A stretch of 64,000 nucleotides of DNA from an uncultured Syntrophus sp. (lineage in GTDB: Bacteria > Desulfobacterota > Syntrophia > Syntrophales > UBA8958), in the NCBI GenBank assembly GCA_964571695.1, contig CAZNDG010000012.1:2296-66295 (forward strand), given 5' to 3'. The notes beneath the pieces are model-generated. The model worked only from the letters and a program-made list of their open reading frames with translations. It was not told the origin of the DNA and searched no databases. Numbering within the stretch: the stretch's first letter is position 1; each line of letters starts with the position of its first letter. Positions 55,522-64,000 of the stretch are shown here, piece after piece. Made by a program: the position numbers and the translations under genes.

Positions 55522-57901
55522 ATTGATAATTTCTTTCATGGAAGAGACTTAAACAGGCATCGACGACAGCGGCGTCATAAAGACGGCTCCTGTTCCTGCT
55601 TATTTCCTCCAAAGCGGCCTTAAGTCCCAAACCCGGTCGATAAGGGCGATGGGAAGCCATGGCTTCCACCACGTCGGCCACGGCCATGATGCGTGCCTCA
55701 AGAATAATTTCATCACCTTTGCGCCCCTCAGGATACCCGGAGCCGTCGAGGCGCTCATGGTGCTGCAGCACTATCTGGGCCAGCGGCCACGGAGATTCCA
55801 CGTCCCGCAACAACTCATATCCTCTCCGGGGATGTTCTTTGATCAGCGCATATTCGATGTCCGTCAATTTTGTCGGTTTGGACAATATTTCCGCGGGTAC
55901 CGATAATTTTCCGATGTCATGAATCGACCCCGCCATGCGGATGCCTTCTACTTGCTCACCGGAGAGTTTCAGCTCCATGGCAATGCTCCGGGCAAGATCT
56001 GCCGTCCGGACCTGATGCCCGGCCGTATAAGGATCTCTGGTCTCAACGGCGGATACGAGAACCTGAATGATTGTCCCCAGAGCTTTCCTGAGATTTTTGA
56101 GGGTCTTTTTGAGCTCGACTTCTGCCTTTTTGCGATCGTTGATGTCCTGGAAAGCCCCTTCCACGGCGATGATCGCACCGGCGGCATCACGAACCGCTTC
56201 TCCCAAAGTTCTAATCCAGATGCAATTGCCTCTGGCGGTGACGATCTCCAGCTCTTCGTCATACGGCACGCCGTTCTGGGCGCAATCGCCGAAAACCTTA
56301 ATGATTATTTCCCGTGATCCCTGGGCATAAAAGTTGATGCAGTCTTCCAGCGTGGGAGAAAAACCCGGCGGCACCTCATGGATGTCAGCTACCTGATCCG
56401 ACCACACCACCTTGTTGTCAATGGTTCTCATGCTCCATCCCCCGAAGCGGACCATGCGCCCGGCCCTGTCGAGCAATGCCTTGTATTGCAACAGGGCCAA
56501 TGCTTCCCGTTTCCGGTGCAGCGCCTCCACAAAGGCTACGGATAGCGCTTCAATCGCCTCCTGATCGTGGGACGTATAGCCGCCGGTCTTGTTGCCCAGG
56601 GCAACCATGCCGATGCTTCGCCCACCCACAAGAAGCGGTACCCCCAAAAATGCGGTAAGCGGCGGGTGCCCCTGTGGAAGCCCGACCCTTTCCGGATGAT
56701 TACCGGGATCATTTGTGAGCAAAGACTCGGCATTCTTGAGGGCATGCCCGAAGATCCCCCTGAGTTCCATGTCTTTGATTGCCTGGCCGGACTCATGAAT
56801 CCCGCAGGACTTCCAGCCCGGGTCGCTCAGGGCCAGGGTGTCCATCTTCCCGGCGGGATTGATTTCCCCGACCCAGCCGAAAGGACTGCCCGTCAGTGCT
56901 TCGGCCTCGCGGAGACAGATGAGCGCCACGTCTACATCGGTCCCGGCCTTCAGCGCGCTTTGGAGAATGCGATTGATGGCGGCGGTAACGGCGGCCCGTC
57001 GCTCGCTTTCTTCCTGAACGGTCTTCAGATCGGTGATGTCCGTTATGAATCCATGCCAGATGATGCTGCCGTCGGCCATTTTTTCCGGCGTCGATTGACC
57101 GATCATCCATCTAACCGTCCTGCCGGGAACCTGAACGCGATACTCACACTGCCACGGCGTCATATGCGCGGCGGAATATTCGATCGAGGCTATTATGTTT
57201 TCGACATCCTCAGGCCATAATGCCCTGGCGATGGGAGTAAAATCTTCACGAACATCCTCAGGTGAACAGCCATAGACATCCTCGATGGCCGCGGTGGTAA
57301 AAGGCACGCAATAACTTCCATCGGGCCGCTTCATGAACTGATAGATCATGCCGGAGACATGGGAAGACAGCTTGTTGAAGCGGACGTCGCTCGCCCGCAG
57401 CGCGTCCTCCGCCTGTTTTCGCTCCGCGATGTCGCGAACGGACGCGATTATTTCCAACTCGCCGGTTTGATTGCTCAAAAATGTCTTGCCGCTCATCTCG
57501 ACCCATTTACATGATCCGTCACGGCAGATCGCCCGGTATTCCACTTTAGAAACGGCGCCGGGCTCAATCGCGGCGATTTTTTTCAGCGCTTCCCGGACAT
57601 GCGGCCCATCGTCGGGGTGTATGCGGTCAAATCCCGAGGTGCCGATTACCTCGGCAGGGTCGTAACCGAGCATGGAGCGCATTGCCTCGGAGGCAAAGAG
57701 CAATTCGCCTCTCATGTTGTAATGCGCCACATAATCCGTCGTATTGCTGAGCAATAATTGATTTCTTTCCTCGTTATCCCGGCGTCCCTTTTCCGCCCGT
57801 TCAAGTGCGGCGGCAAGGGATTCCAGTTCCTGGATTCGCCGCTTTAACGACGAATTCTCCTGGATCAACTCTTGATGTGTTTTGCTGGCATCATCATGCA
57901 T
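55514..57901 (-). CDS. PAS/GAF sensor protein with HD-GYP phosphodiesterase domain
   Basis: PAS repeats and a GAF-like middle region are followed by HDIGK...HHERLDGSGYPEGR. It converges on and overlaps mnmA by 8 nt. Confidence 0.88.
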   Translation of the reverse strand: MHDDASKTHQELIQENSSLKRRIQELESLAAALERAEKGRRDNEERNQLLLSNTTDYVAHYNMRGELLFASEAMRSMLGYDPAEVIGTSGFDRIHPDDGPHVREALKKIAAIEPGAVSKVEYRAICRDGSCKWVEMSGKTFLSNQTGELEIIASVRDIAERKQAEDALRASDVRFNKLSSHVSGMIYQFMKRPDGSYCVPFTTAAIEDVYGCSPEDVREDFTPIARALWPEDVENIIASIEYSAAHMTPWQCEYRVQVPGRTVRWMIGQSTPEKMADGSIIWHGFITDITDLKTVQEESERRAAVTAAINRILQSALKAGTDVDVALICLREAEALTGSPFGWVGEINPAGKMDTLALSDPGWKSCGIHESGQAIKDMELRGIFGHALKNAESLLTNDPGNHPERVGLPQGHPPLTAFLGVPLLVGGRSIGMVALGNKTGGYTSHDQEAIEALSVAFVEALHRKREALALLQYKALLDRAGRMVRFGGWSMRTIDNKVVWSDQVADIHEVPPGFSPTLEDCINFYAQGSREIIIKVFGDCAQNGVPYDEELEIVTARGNCIWIRTLGEAVRDAAGAIIAVEGAFQDINDRKKAEVELKKTLKNLRKALGTIIQVLVSAVETRDPYTAGHQVRTADLARSIAMELKLSGEQVEGIRMAGSIHDIGKLSVPAEILSKPTKLTDIEYALIKEHPRRGYELLRDVESPWPLAQIVLQHHERLDGSGYPEGRKGDEIILEARIMAVADVVEAMASHRPYRPGLGLKAALEEISRNRSRLYDAAVVDACLSLFHERNYQFI

Positions 57902-58064
57902 CAGTCGGCCCCCGCTGAATCAGCGACGCTCGTTGGAAATAAAGCATACGTATGGACAATATCCGAATTGTTTATAAAGTATCGGATAATCACCAAGATG
58001 TCAAAAAGAAAGTATATATTCAGATAACATGCCGATTGTCCACCGTCATGGTAATGCCGGTTTA

Positions 58065-58131
58065 AGACCTTTGAAAAATGGCTTCGCCGCGGCTCAGAAA
58101 TCTTTTTCGCTTCTGGATTGGTAACGTATAT
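58065..58131. repeat. ~75-bp interspersed repeat, copy B
   Basis: AGACCTTTGAAAAATGGCTTCGCCGCGGCTCAGAAATCTTTTTCGCTTCTGGATTGGTAACGTATAT is in the same orientation as copy C. Confidence 0.75.
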
Positions 58132-58138
58132 TTCTTTT

Positions 58139-59860
58139 TTACCTTTTGGAGCGGGATTCTTCCTTGTGAGGCGCCGGCGTATCGTATAGCACGCGTCGGA
58201 TGGTTTCGCGATGGTCCGCCGCCAGGTTGCAGGCCATTTCATCGCCTGCCGTCACCACTTCCGCCAGGGCGACGCCGACTTCAGCTTCTCCGGCGGCGAC
58301 TACCGTTGCGCCCGCTTTGCGAAGCGCGTCTGCGTCCCGCAGGTGGGCGCAACGCACCAGAATCTGCAAATCCGGATTCATCTGGCGGGCGTGTTTGACC
58401 ACTTCCGGGGCATCATCGATATCGGTGCTCAAAATCAGACTGGCGGCTGAGGCGATGCCTGCGTCTTCGAGCGTTCCCGAACGCAGAACGTCACCATACA
58501 GGGCATCATGGCCTTCGGCGCGCAAGCGGCGAATGGTGTCCAGATTTAGATCGATGACCGTGATTTCCGCGCCACGTTCCAGAAGAAGCCTGTGCACGAT
58601 CTTTCCGACCGGGCCGTAACCGACGAGGATGCATAAGTTGGGATTGAGGGGCTGACGGGGGCTATCTCCAATCGGCGCCGTTTTGGCCTTTTTGGGTGAC
58701 GAAAAGCGGCGCGCCCAATCATAAACATAAGGATTAAAACCGATGGAAATTATGGAAGCGGCCACCAGGGCGTTCCATCCGGCTTCATTAATGAGCCCCA
58801 GACCAAGGGCGACGGTCCCCAGAATGAAACTGAATTCGCCGACCTGGGAAAAAGCCGCGCCAATGGGAACCGCCGTGGCCGTGGGCTGGCCTAACATTCT
58901 GACTGTGAGCGCCGCGGCCACGGGTTTGACGATGACGACCACAAAGAGGACGGCGGCGATAATCTGAGGAATCTGGATCAGGCTTTTCGGATCAAACAGC
59001 ATGCCGACGGAAATAAAGAAGAGCACGGCAAAAGCGTCCCGCATCGGCAAAGCGTCGTTAGCCGCCCTGGCGGCGAATTCGGAACGACTGACGGCCAGGC
59101 CGGCGAGAAATGCGCCCAGCTCCATGGAAACCCCGAATATCTTGGCGGAGCCCACGGCGATGCCCACCGCCAGAACCAGCACCGCCAGCGTGAAAAGCTC
59201 CCGTGACCGGGTTTTCGCAATGCCTTCCAGCGCCCAGGGGATCACCCATTTTCCCAGCACGACCACCAGGCCGACGAGCCCCAGAATTTTTAATCCCGCC
59301 AGCCCCAGAATCCAGCCGATGTTCAATTCAACATTTGGGCTTTGCGAAAAAAGGAGGGGCAAAAGGAGCAGCAGGGCCACCGTGAGAATATCTTCCACAA
59401 CCGTCCAGCCGATGGCAACGTGTCCGATTGTGGCGTGCAGATCATGCCATTTGGCCAGCACCAACGCCATGACAACGGTGCTCGCCACAGAAATGGCCAT
59501 GCCCAGAATCAAACCGGACGTCCAGTTCCAGCCCATCAGATGCAATATGGATGCGAGGGCAAGCGTGGAGAGGGTGCTCTGAATCAGCGCTCCCGGAACG
59601 GCCAGACGCCAGACCGCAAAGAGCTCCTTCAAATTAAACCGCAACCCTATTCCAAAGAGGAGCAAAATCACGCCGATTTCAGCAAACTGCTCGGCAATTG
59701 ACCGGTTGACCACTACGCCGGGAGTGAAAGGTCCGACCATAACGCCTGCGATCAGGTACCCGATGATGGGAGATAATTTAAGACGCGTGGCGATATAGCC
59801 GAAAAAAAGCGCTCCGGCCAGTCCGACGGCGAAGGTCATGAGAATGCTCAACTCATCCAT
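58139..59860 (-). CDS. CPA2-family monovalent cation:proton antiporter with C-terminal RCK/TrkA-N domain (KefB/KefC-like)
   Basis: There are ~12 TM segments and a Rossmann motif ILVGYGPVGKIV in the C-terminal domain. Confidence 0.85.
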   Translation of the reverse strand: MDELSILMTFAVGLAGALFFGYIATRLKLSPIIGYLIAGVMVGPFTPGVVVNRSIAEQFAEIGVILLLFGIGLRFNLKELFAVWRLAVPGALIQSTLSTLALASILHLMGWNWTSGLILGMAISVASTVVMALVLAKWHDLHATIGHVAIGWTVVEDILTVALLLLLPLLFSQSPNVELNIGWILGLAGLKILGLVGLVVVLGKWVIPWALEGIAKTRSRELFTLAVLVLAVGIAVGSAKIFGVSMELGAFLAGLAVSRSEFAARAANDALPMRDAFAVLFFISVGMLFDPKSLIQIPQIIAAVLFVVVIVKPVAAALTVRMLGQPTATAVPIGAAFSQVGEFSFILGTVALGLGLINEAGWNALVAASIISIGFNPYVYDWARRFSSPKKAKTAPIGDSPRQPLNPNLCILVGYGPVGKIVHRLLLERGAEITVIDLNLDTIRRLRAEGHDALYGDVLRSGTLEDAGIASAASLILSTDIDDAPEVVKHARQMNPDLQILVRCAHLRDADALRKAGATVVAAGEAEVGVALAEVVTAGDEMACNLAADHRETIRRVLYDTPAPHKEESRSKR

Positions 59861-60038
59861 ATTGTGTGAACCCTTTTCAATTCCGAAAATCTATCTTGGA
59901 CAGATGTGGCTTGACTTCTACATTGATGAACCGGTAATATATTTAAAAAGCATATAGAGATCAACTCTTTTTAAAAGAGTTCCTGCCTGGAAGCCTCTTT
60001 TGACCGAAGCGAAAAATTTTTTTACGGAGGAAAAGGCC

Positions 60039-60857
60039 ATGAAAAACAGGTTCATTGTACTGATTGATTTCTCGCCTCATTCCGAACAACTGCTGCGGTT
60101 TGCCTATGACTGGAGCAAGAGGGCGGATGCCGTGTTGCTCACGTTCCATAATACCATGGCCCTGTCGCCGTTGATGACGCCATATGAGACAAAAACGATA
60201 TTGACCGAACGGGCCAATTACCAGGCATGGGAACAACTTAGGGCCTTTACGGAAACTGTTCTGCCGGGAGCGACTTCGATTCAGCACCTCGTATCCGAGA
60301 AAAACCTGGTGGTCGCCTTGCGTGAATTGCTCAAAAAGCCTTTCCATCATCTGGTATTCCTCGGCATCAAGGGGACGGGCCTGTTGAAGAAAATCTTCAT
60401 CGGCAGCCAGGCCGTGAACGTTATCGACGGGATCGACAGCCTCATCGTAGCCATGCCTCAGCATGCCCCCTGTTGCGCTCCCGACGCGATCCATGTCGCC
60501 GTGCAGAAAACCTATCCCCTTAATCTCATCGAATTGAATAAGATTATCCGCCTCAATGGCGCTGTGGGCTCGAAAATCATCTTTTTTTCCGTCGTAACAC
60601 CCGAGGACGACCGGGAGGCCACGGAAAGGTATCTAAAAGAGCTGTCGGCATTGTATTCCGACAAGAAGGAGGCCGCTTATGAGCTGTATTCTGGGGACGA
60701 GAGCTGGCGGGACCTCAAGAAGATCATCAAGGGGAAGCAAAACGAATTCATCGTGGTTCAAAGAGGATCGAGGATGTTCCTGGACCAGATAGCCAGGAAA
60801 TTCCTCATCAACGATCTTGTCTATGAAGGCCATACGCCGTTGATCATCATGCCCTGA
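60039..60857 (+). CDS. universal stress protein family protein (tandem Usp-like domains)
   Basis: Two alpha/beta Usp-like halves are present, and a GGAGGA lies upstream of the ATG at 60039. Confidence 0.6.
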   Translation: MKNRFIVLIDFSPHSEQLLRFAYDWSKRADAVLLTFHNTMALSPLMTPYETKTILTERANYQAWEQLRAFTETVLPGATSIQHLVSEKNLVVALRELLKKPFHHLVFLGIKGTGLLKKIFIGSQAVNVIDGIDSLIVAMPQHAPCCAPDAIHVAVQKTYPLNLIELNKIIRLNGAVGSKIIFFSVVTPEDDREATERYLKELSALYSDKKEAAYELYSGDESWRDLKKIIKGKQNEFIVVQRGSRMFLDQIARKFLINDLVYEGHTPLIIMP

Positions 60858-60895
60858 CGAGCTGCCGGGCGTAGGTTGCGGACCAGCGACGATAG

Positions 60896-60973
60896 GAGAC
60901 CTTTGAAAAATGGCTTCGCCGCGGCTCAGAAATCTTTTTCGCTTCTCAATGGGTAACGTATAAATCTTATTCA
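60896..60973. repeat. ~75-bp interspersed repeat, copy C
   Basis: GAGACCTTTGAAAAATGGCTTCGCCGCGGCTCAGAAATCTTTTTCGCTTCTCAATGGGTAACGTATAAATCTTATTCA is a direct repeat of copy B, 2.83 kb away. Confidence 0.75.
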
Positions 60974-61072
60974 ATACCGGGTGTTAAGCTCAACTCCGCA
61001 ATGGCAAAAACTTTTGATTCGCCGCTTGCGGACCATTTTCTCGCAGTTATGCAAAGGTATCTTTCTTCTTCC

Positions 61073-61101
61073 TTGACTTCCCCCGGCAATCGCCCTAACA
61101 T
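61073..61101 (+). promoter_or_regulatory. sigma-70-like promoter
   Basis: TTGACT, a 17-nt spacer and TAACAT lie ~125 nt upstream of the ORF at 61226. Confidence 0.4.
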
Positions 61102-61225
61102 ACATATTATCAATCCCCGGTGATGAAAAAGTAAGAATACGTGGCGATGAACGCCATCGCGACAGCAGCAGGCGGCACCGAACTCCATCCGGAGCGGCGG
61201 GGACCGCAAGCTGGTTAAAAGGCAG

Positions 61226-62608
61226 GTGCAGGGCATGACGGTCAGGACATCATTTCCGGCGCCCGGCGGGAATCGTTTGCCGGGAGATTCCACCCCGGAC
61301 GGCGGCGCCGGGCCGCCCGGGCGCCGGGAAAAGATCCCTTTCCCCGTCAGTCCGGTCATCCACTCCGCCCTGCGGGCCATTTACGCCGGCGGCCCGAAGC
61401 TGAAATGGCAGGCGGACCGCAATGGCCGCCCCTTCTATTCCTATGTCACCAAAGCGGGGGACATCACCTTCTTCTGTGAGCCGCCGCCCGATTATTCCCG
61501 CCGTTTTCATCCGACCATCGCCCTGTACTATACCCCGCGCCTCGGCTTCATCTATGCCGGCAGCCTGCGGGACAAGGTGCGGAACCTCTCCGTGGAGACC
61601 GCCGACGTGTTTCTCATCCTCATGTCTTACGTCGCCCGGCTCGCGGATCCCCAAACCGGGATCGCCCGGATCACCCTGGAGGAAATGGCGGCAATGCGGG
61701 ATGTTCGCCTCCGCCGGGGCCGGTCGCAGAACCTCTACGACGATCTCAAGGCAGAAGTGCTGCGCATCGCCGATCTGCGGTTGTCCATGACCTGGAAGGA
61801 TTACAAAACCGGGGGAGTCGTCGCCTTCGGCAAGGAAAGACCGGACCGGCTGCTGGACATCCTCGATGTGGAATACCGGCAGGGCGGAACCCCCGGCACG
61901 GCTTTCCGGTTCCGCTGCGGCCAGGCGCTGTCGCATTTCCTCAACGCGGAGGGATTGTTCTGGATCGGCTATTACAGCAAATCCCTTCTACATCTAAGTC
62001 CTTACCATGAAGCATTCACCAAGAAAGCGGGCACTTACTGGACCCTCATCGGGACTATCGCCGGGAAAAAAGGAGGTCTGCCTCGGGCCGCTCCCCGGAC
62101 CATCCTCGATTTCTGCGGCGACAATGTGCACTGGCGCAATCCCGGATATACCGTCGATGCCTTTTTCAAGGCCCACGAACGCCTTCGGGAATTAGGGATT
62201 TTCGCCGACGATGACCTGCGGGAACCCGTCAGTCGTACCCGGGGATATTTTAAGGAGTGGCTGGAACAACCCATTACTGTTCGACTTTCCGAGCGACTTT
62301 GGAAAACGGTGGCAAGATCCGGCCGGCAGTTGCCTGAAACCCGCGGGGAAATCCCGCCCCGGCAAAGAGCAGGCGCGGGCGGCGAGGCTCCTCCCCGGGA
62401 CGTTGCCACCCTGATGGCCAATCCGGCAATCTTGAAAAAACTCCGTTCCCGTTTCTATCTGCGCCAGGAAGATCTCGCCGGGTTCATCGGCATCACCCGA
62501 CAAACCCTGTCGCGTTATGAACGGGGAATAATCGGGATTCCCCCCGCGTGCGCAGAAAAGATATTGATTTTGCTTCATAAAAAAGCAAGAGGCGACGAAG
62601 GGCGTTAA
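61226..62608 (+). CDS. hypothetical protein with C-terminal XRE-type helix-turn-helix
   Basis: The 460-aa ORF has coding-like composition. The last ~60 aa read LRQEDLAGFIGITRQTLSRYERG, an HTH_XRE-like motif. I do not recognise the N-terminal ~380 aa. The start is GTG at 61226 or ATG at 61235. Confidence 0.6.
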   Translation: MQGMTVRTSFPAPGGNRLPGDSTPDGGAGPPGRREKIPFPVSPVIHSALRAIYAGGPKLKWQADRNGRPFYSYVTKAGDITFFCEPPPDYSRRFHPTIALYYTPRLGFIYAGSLRDKVRNLSVETADVFLILMSYVARLADPQTGIARITLEEMAAMRDVRLRRGRSQNLYDDLKAEVLRIADLRLSMTWKDYKTGGVVAFGKERPDRLLDILDVEYRQGGTPGTAFRFRCGQALSHFLNAEGLFWIGYYSKSLLHLSPYHEAFTKKAGTYWTLIGTIAGKKGGLPRAAPRTILDFCGDNVHWRNPGYTVDAFFKAHERLRELGIFADDDLREPVSRTRGYFKEWLEQPITVRLSERLWKTVARSGRQLPETRGEIPPRQRAGAGGEAPPRDVATLMANPAILKKLRSRFYLRQEDLAGFIGITRQTLSRYERGIIGIPPACAEKILILLHKKARGDEGR

Positions 62609-62814
62609 CCTGTCATGCTACCCATCCCCTGTTTAGGGGACACCCATTCCCTAAGAATGCACAGACGAAAATGCCTTTCCGCAACCACCTGTAGGCGTTT
62701 CTTACCCTTTAACTTCACTAATAAAAGTTAACCGTCGGCGGTGATATAGCGGCGCTATGCTATCATGGCCCCAAAAATCACTAGCCTCTTCTCAAAAGAA
62801 GGGAGGAGATCATT

Positions 62815-63990
62815 ATGGAAGAAAGGACCAGAATAAAGGACCTGCAAAAGCAGCTCGCCGCCCAGGGATGGGGAGGCGCCCTGATTGCCTATTCCCGCAA
62901 TATCCTTTACTATACCGGCACCGCCCAGCCCGCCTGGCTCGTCGTCCTGCCGGACGATTACATGCTTTATGTCCGGAGCGGCATGGATTTCGCCTGCCGG
63001 GAGGTGTTCATCCCGCCGGAAAAGGTGCAGGAGGAGAGACGTCTCGAGAAGATCGCGGCCTCCCTGCAAGCGAAACTGCCGCCCGGCGGCGGAAGGATCG
63101 GCATCGAGACGGACATTCTCAACGCGGCGCAATACCTGGCCATCGGCGAGCTTTTCCGCGGCTATACCTTCGCCAACGTCTCGCCGTTGCTCCTCGCCCA
63201 GCGCCAGATCAAAGACGTCGAGGAAGTGGCGCTGCTCCGGGAGGCCTGCCGGACCATCCACGCCGGCCATGAGGCGGTCCTGGCGACCCTGCGGGCCGGC
63301 GTCACGGAACTGGAACTTGCTGCCGCCGTGGAAAACGCCCACCGCCTGGCAGGACACGAAGGCGTTTTCTTCATCCGCCAGCCGGATTTCTTCATGAGCC
63401 GCGGCCCCATCGGCTCCGGACCCAACCTGCTCCGCAACAGCGGCGTCGTTTACACCATCACCGGCGTGGGCTTGAGTCCTGCCGTCCCGGCGGGTCCTTC
63501 ACAACGGAAAATCAACGCCGGCGACATCGTCATGGTGGACATCCCCGTCCTGGTCAACGGTTATCACGCCGACCAGACCCGGACCTATTGCGTGGGAAAG
63601 GCGAAGGAAGAGATTCATTCCCTTTACGACGATTTGCAGGCCATCGCCGATCATCTCATCGCCCGCATCCGGCCCGGCATCTCCTGCCGGGACATCTATC
63701 GCCTCGCGGTGGAAAAAGCCGTCTCCCTGGGAAGGCAGAAAGAATTTCAGCACTTCGGCGGCGGCCGTCACTCCCGGCTGATCGGCCATGGGATCGGCCT
63801 GGAGCTGAACGAACCCCCCATCCCCTCCGAATACGACCCCTCCCCGGTGGGGGAAGGCTATGTCATCGCCCTGGACCTGCATATGCTGGATGAAAAGCTG
63901 GGGGTGGTCAAGCTGGAGGACATGATCCTGGTCGGGGAGGGGGGCAACGAAATCCTGACGATCAGCCCCCGAAAACTCTTTGAGGTGTGA
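62815..63990 (+). CDS. M24 family metallopeptidase (Xaa-Pro aminopeptidase / creatinase-like)
   Basis: There is a creatinase-like N-domain plus a pita-bread fold with metal ligands (VMVDIP...YHADQTR, HGIGLELNEPP, KLEDMILV). Confidence 0.85.
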   Translation: MEERTRIKDLQKQLAAQGWGGALIAYSRNILYYTGTAQPAWLVVLPDDYMLYVRSGMDFACREVFIPPEKVQEERRLEKIAASLQAKLPPGGGRIGIETDILNAAQYLAIGELFRGYTFANVSPLLLAQRQIKDVEEVALLREACRTIHAGHEAVLATLRAGVTELELAAAVENAHRLAGHEGVFFIRQPDFFMSRGPIGSGPNLLRNSGVVYTITGVGLSPAVPAGPSQRKINAGDIVMVDIPVLVNGYHADQTRTYCVGKAKEEIHSLYDDLQAIADHLIARIRPGISCRDIYRLAVEKAVSLGRQKEFQHFGGGRHSRLIGHGIGLELNEPPIPSEYDPSPVGEGYVIALDLHMLDEKLGVVKLEDMILVGEGGNEILTISPRKLFEV

Positions 63991-64000
63991 AAAAGGAGGT

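Noticed and set aside
54274-55539. 421-aa minus-strand ORF antisense to mnmA. The same reasoning applies to 14918-15895, 16660-17574, 17835-18791, 27847-29661, 41142-42964 and 52244-53341.
   Set aside because: All are antisense shadows of well-supported genes in GC-rich DNA, and none has recognisable motifs.

Overview
High-G+C bacterial chromosomal segment, about 85-90% coding. Gene content fits an anaerobic deltaproteobacterium-like organism, but that is inference only. Most of the window is core metabolism and housekeeping, laid out as follows. (1) 1-7.6 kb, minus strand: an eight-gene shikimate/phenylalanine operon (aroF-aroB-pheA-aroD-aroE-aroA-aroK-aroC). It is preceded by a 28-codon leader ORF with eight consecutive aromatic codons and two terminator-like hairpins, a candidate attenuator. 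(2) 7.9-9.5 kb: a cofactor-independent phosphoglycerate mutase whose two sequence halves are in swapped order, an apparent circular permutation. (3) 9.8-19.5 kb: pcm, nlpD-like, a radical SAM protein, carD, a PIN-TRAM protein, ispD, ispF, gltX and a ClC channel. (4) 19.5-26 kb, minus strand: an L,D-transpeptidase, ampG, a class I amidotransferase, a double-length thyX and a PAS/HD-GYP protein. (5) 26.4-34.7 kb: der, the liv ABC transporter, a cupin protein and an EamA transporter. (6) 34.9-40.5 kb: a visibly AT-richer islet beside tRNA-Ala(CGC). It holds a PIN/AbrB toxin-antitoxin pair, a decayed IS4-family transposase split by a group II intron (boundaries mapped to the nucleotide), and a HicAB pair. 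(7) 40.8-45.3 kb: two pilT-family ATPases, a pseudo-receiver protein, a TPR protein and a small HesB/IscA-like gene with an in-frame TGA, a probable selenoprotein. (8) 45.4-50.1 kb: a sensor kinase (frame interrupted), a receiver protein and a REC-PAS-HD-GYP protein in one operon. (9) 50.4-64 kb: hslO, a DUF1998-type helicase, mnmA, a third PAS/GAF-HD-GYP protein, a CPA2 antiporter, a tandem Usp protein, an unrecognised 460-aa protein with a C-terminal XRE helix-turn-helix, and an M24 peptidase. Three small interspersed repeat families are present. I saw no rRNA, no CRISPR array and no clear multi-gene defence system. The most noteworthy items are single-locus oddities: the leader peptide, the permuted enzyme, the UGA recoding, the intron-in-IS and the repeats. 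All calls rest on reading the translations and sequence by eye; no searches or folding programs were run.
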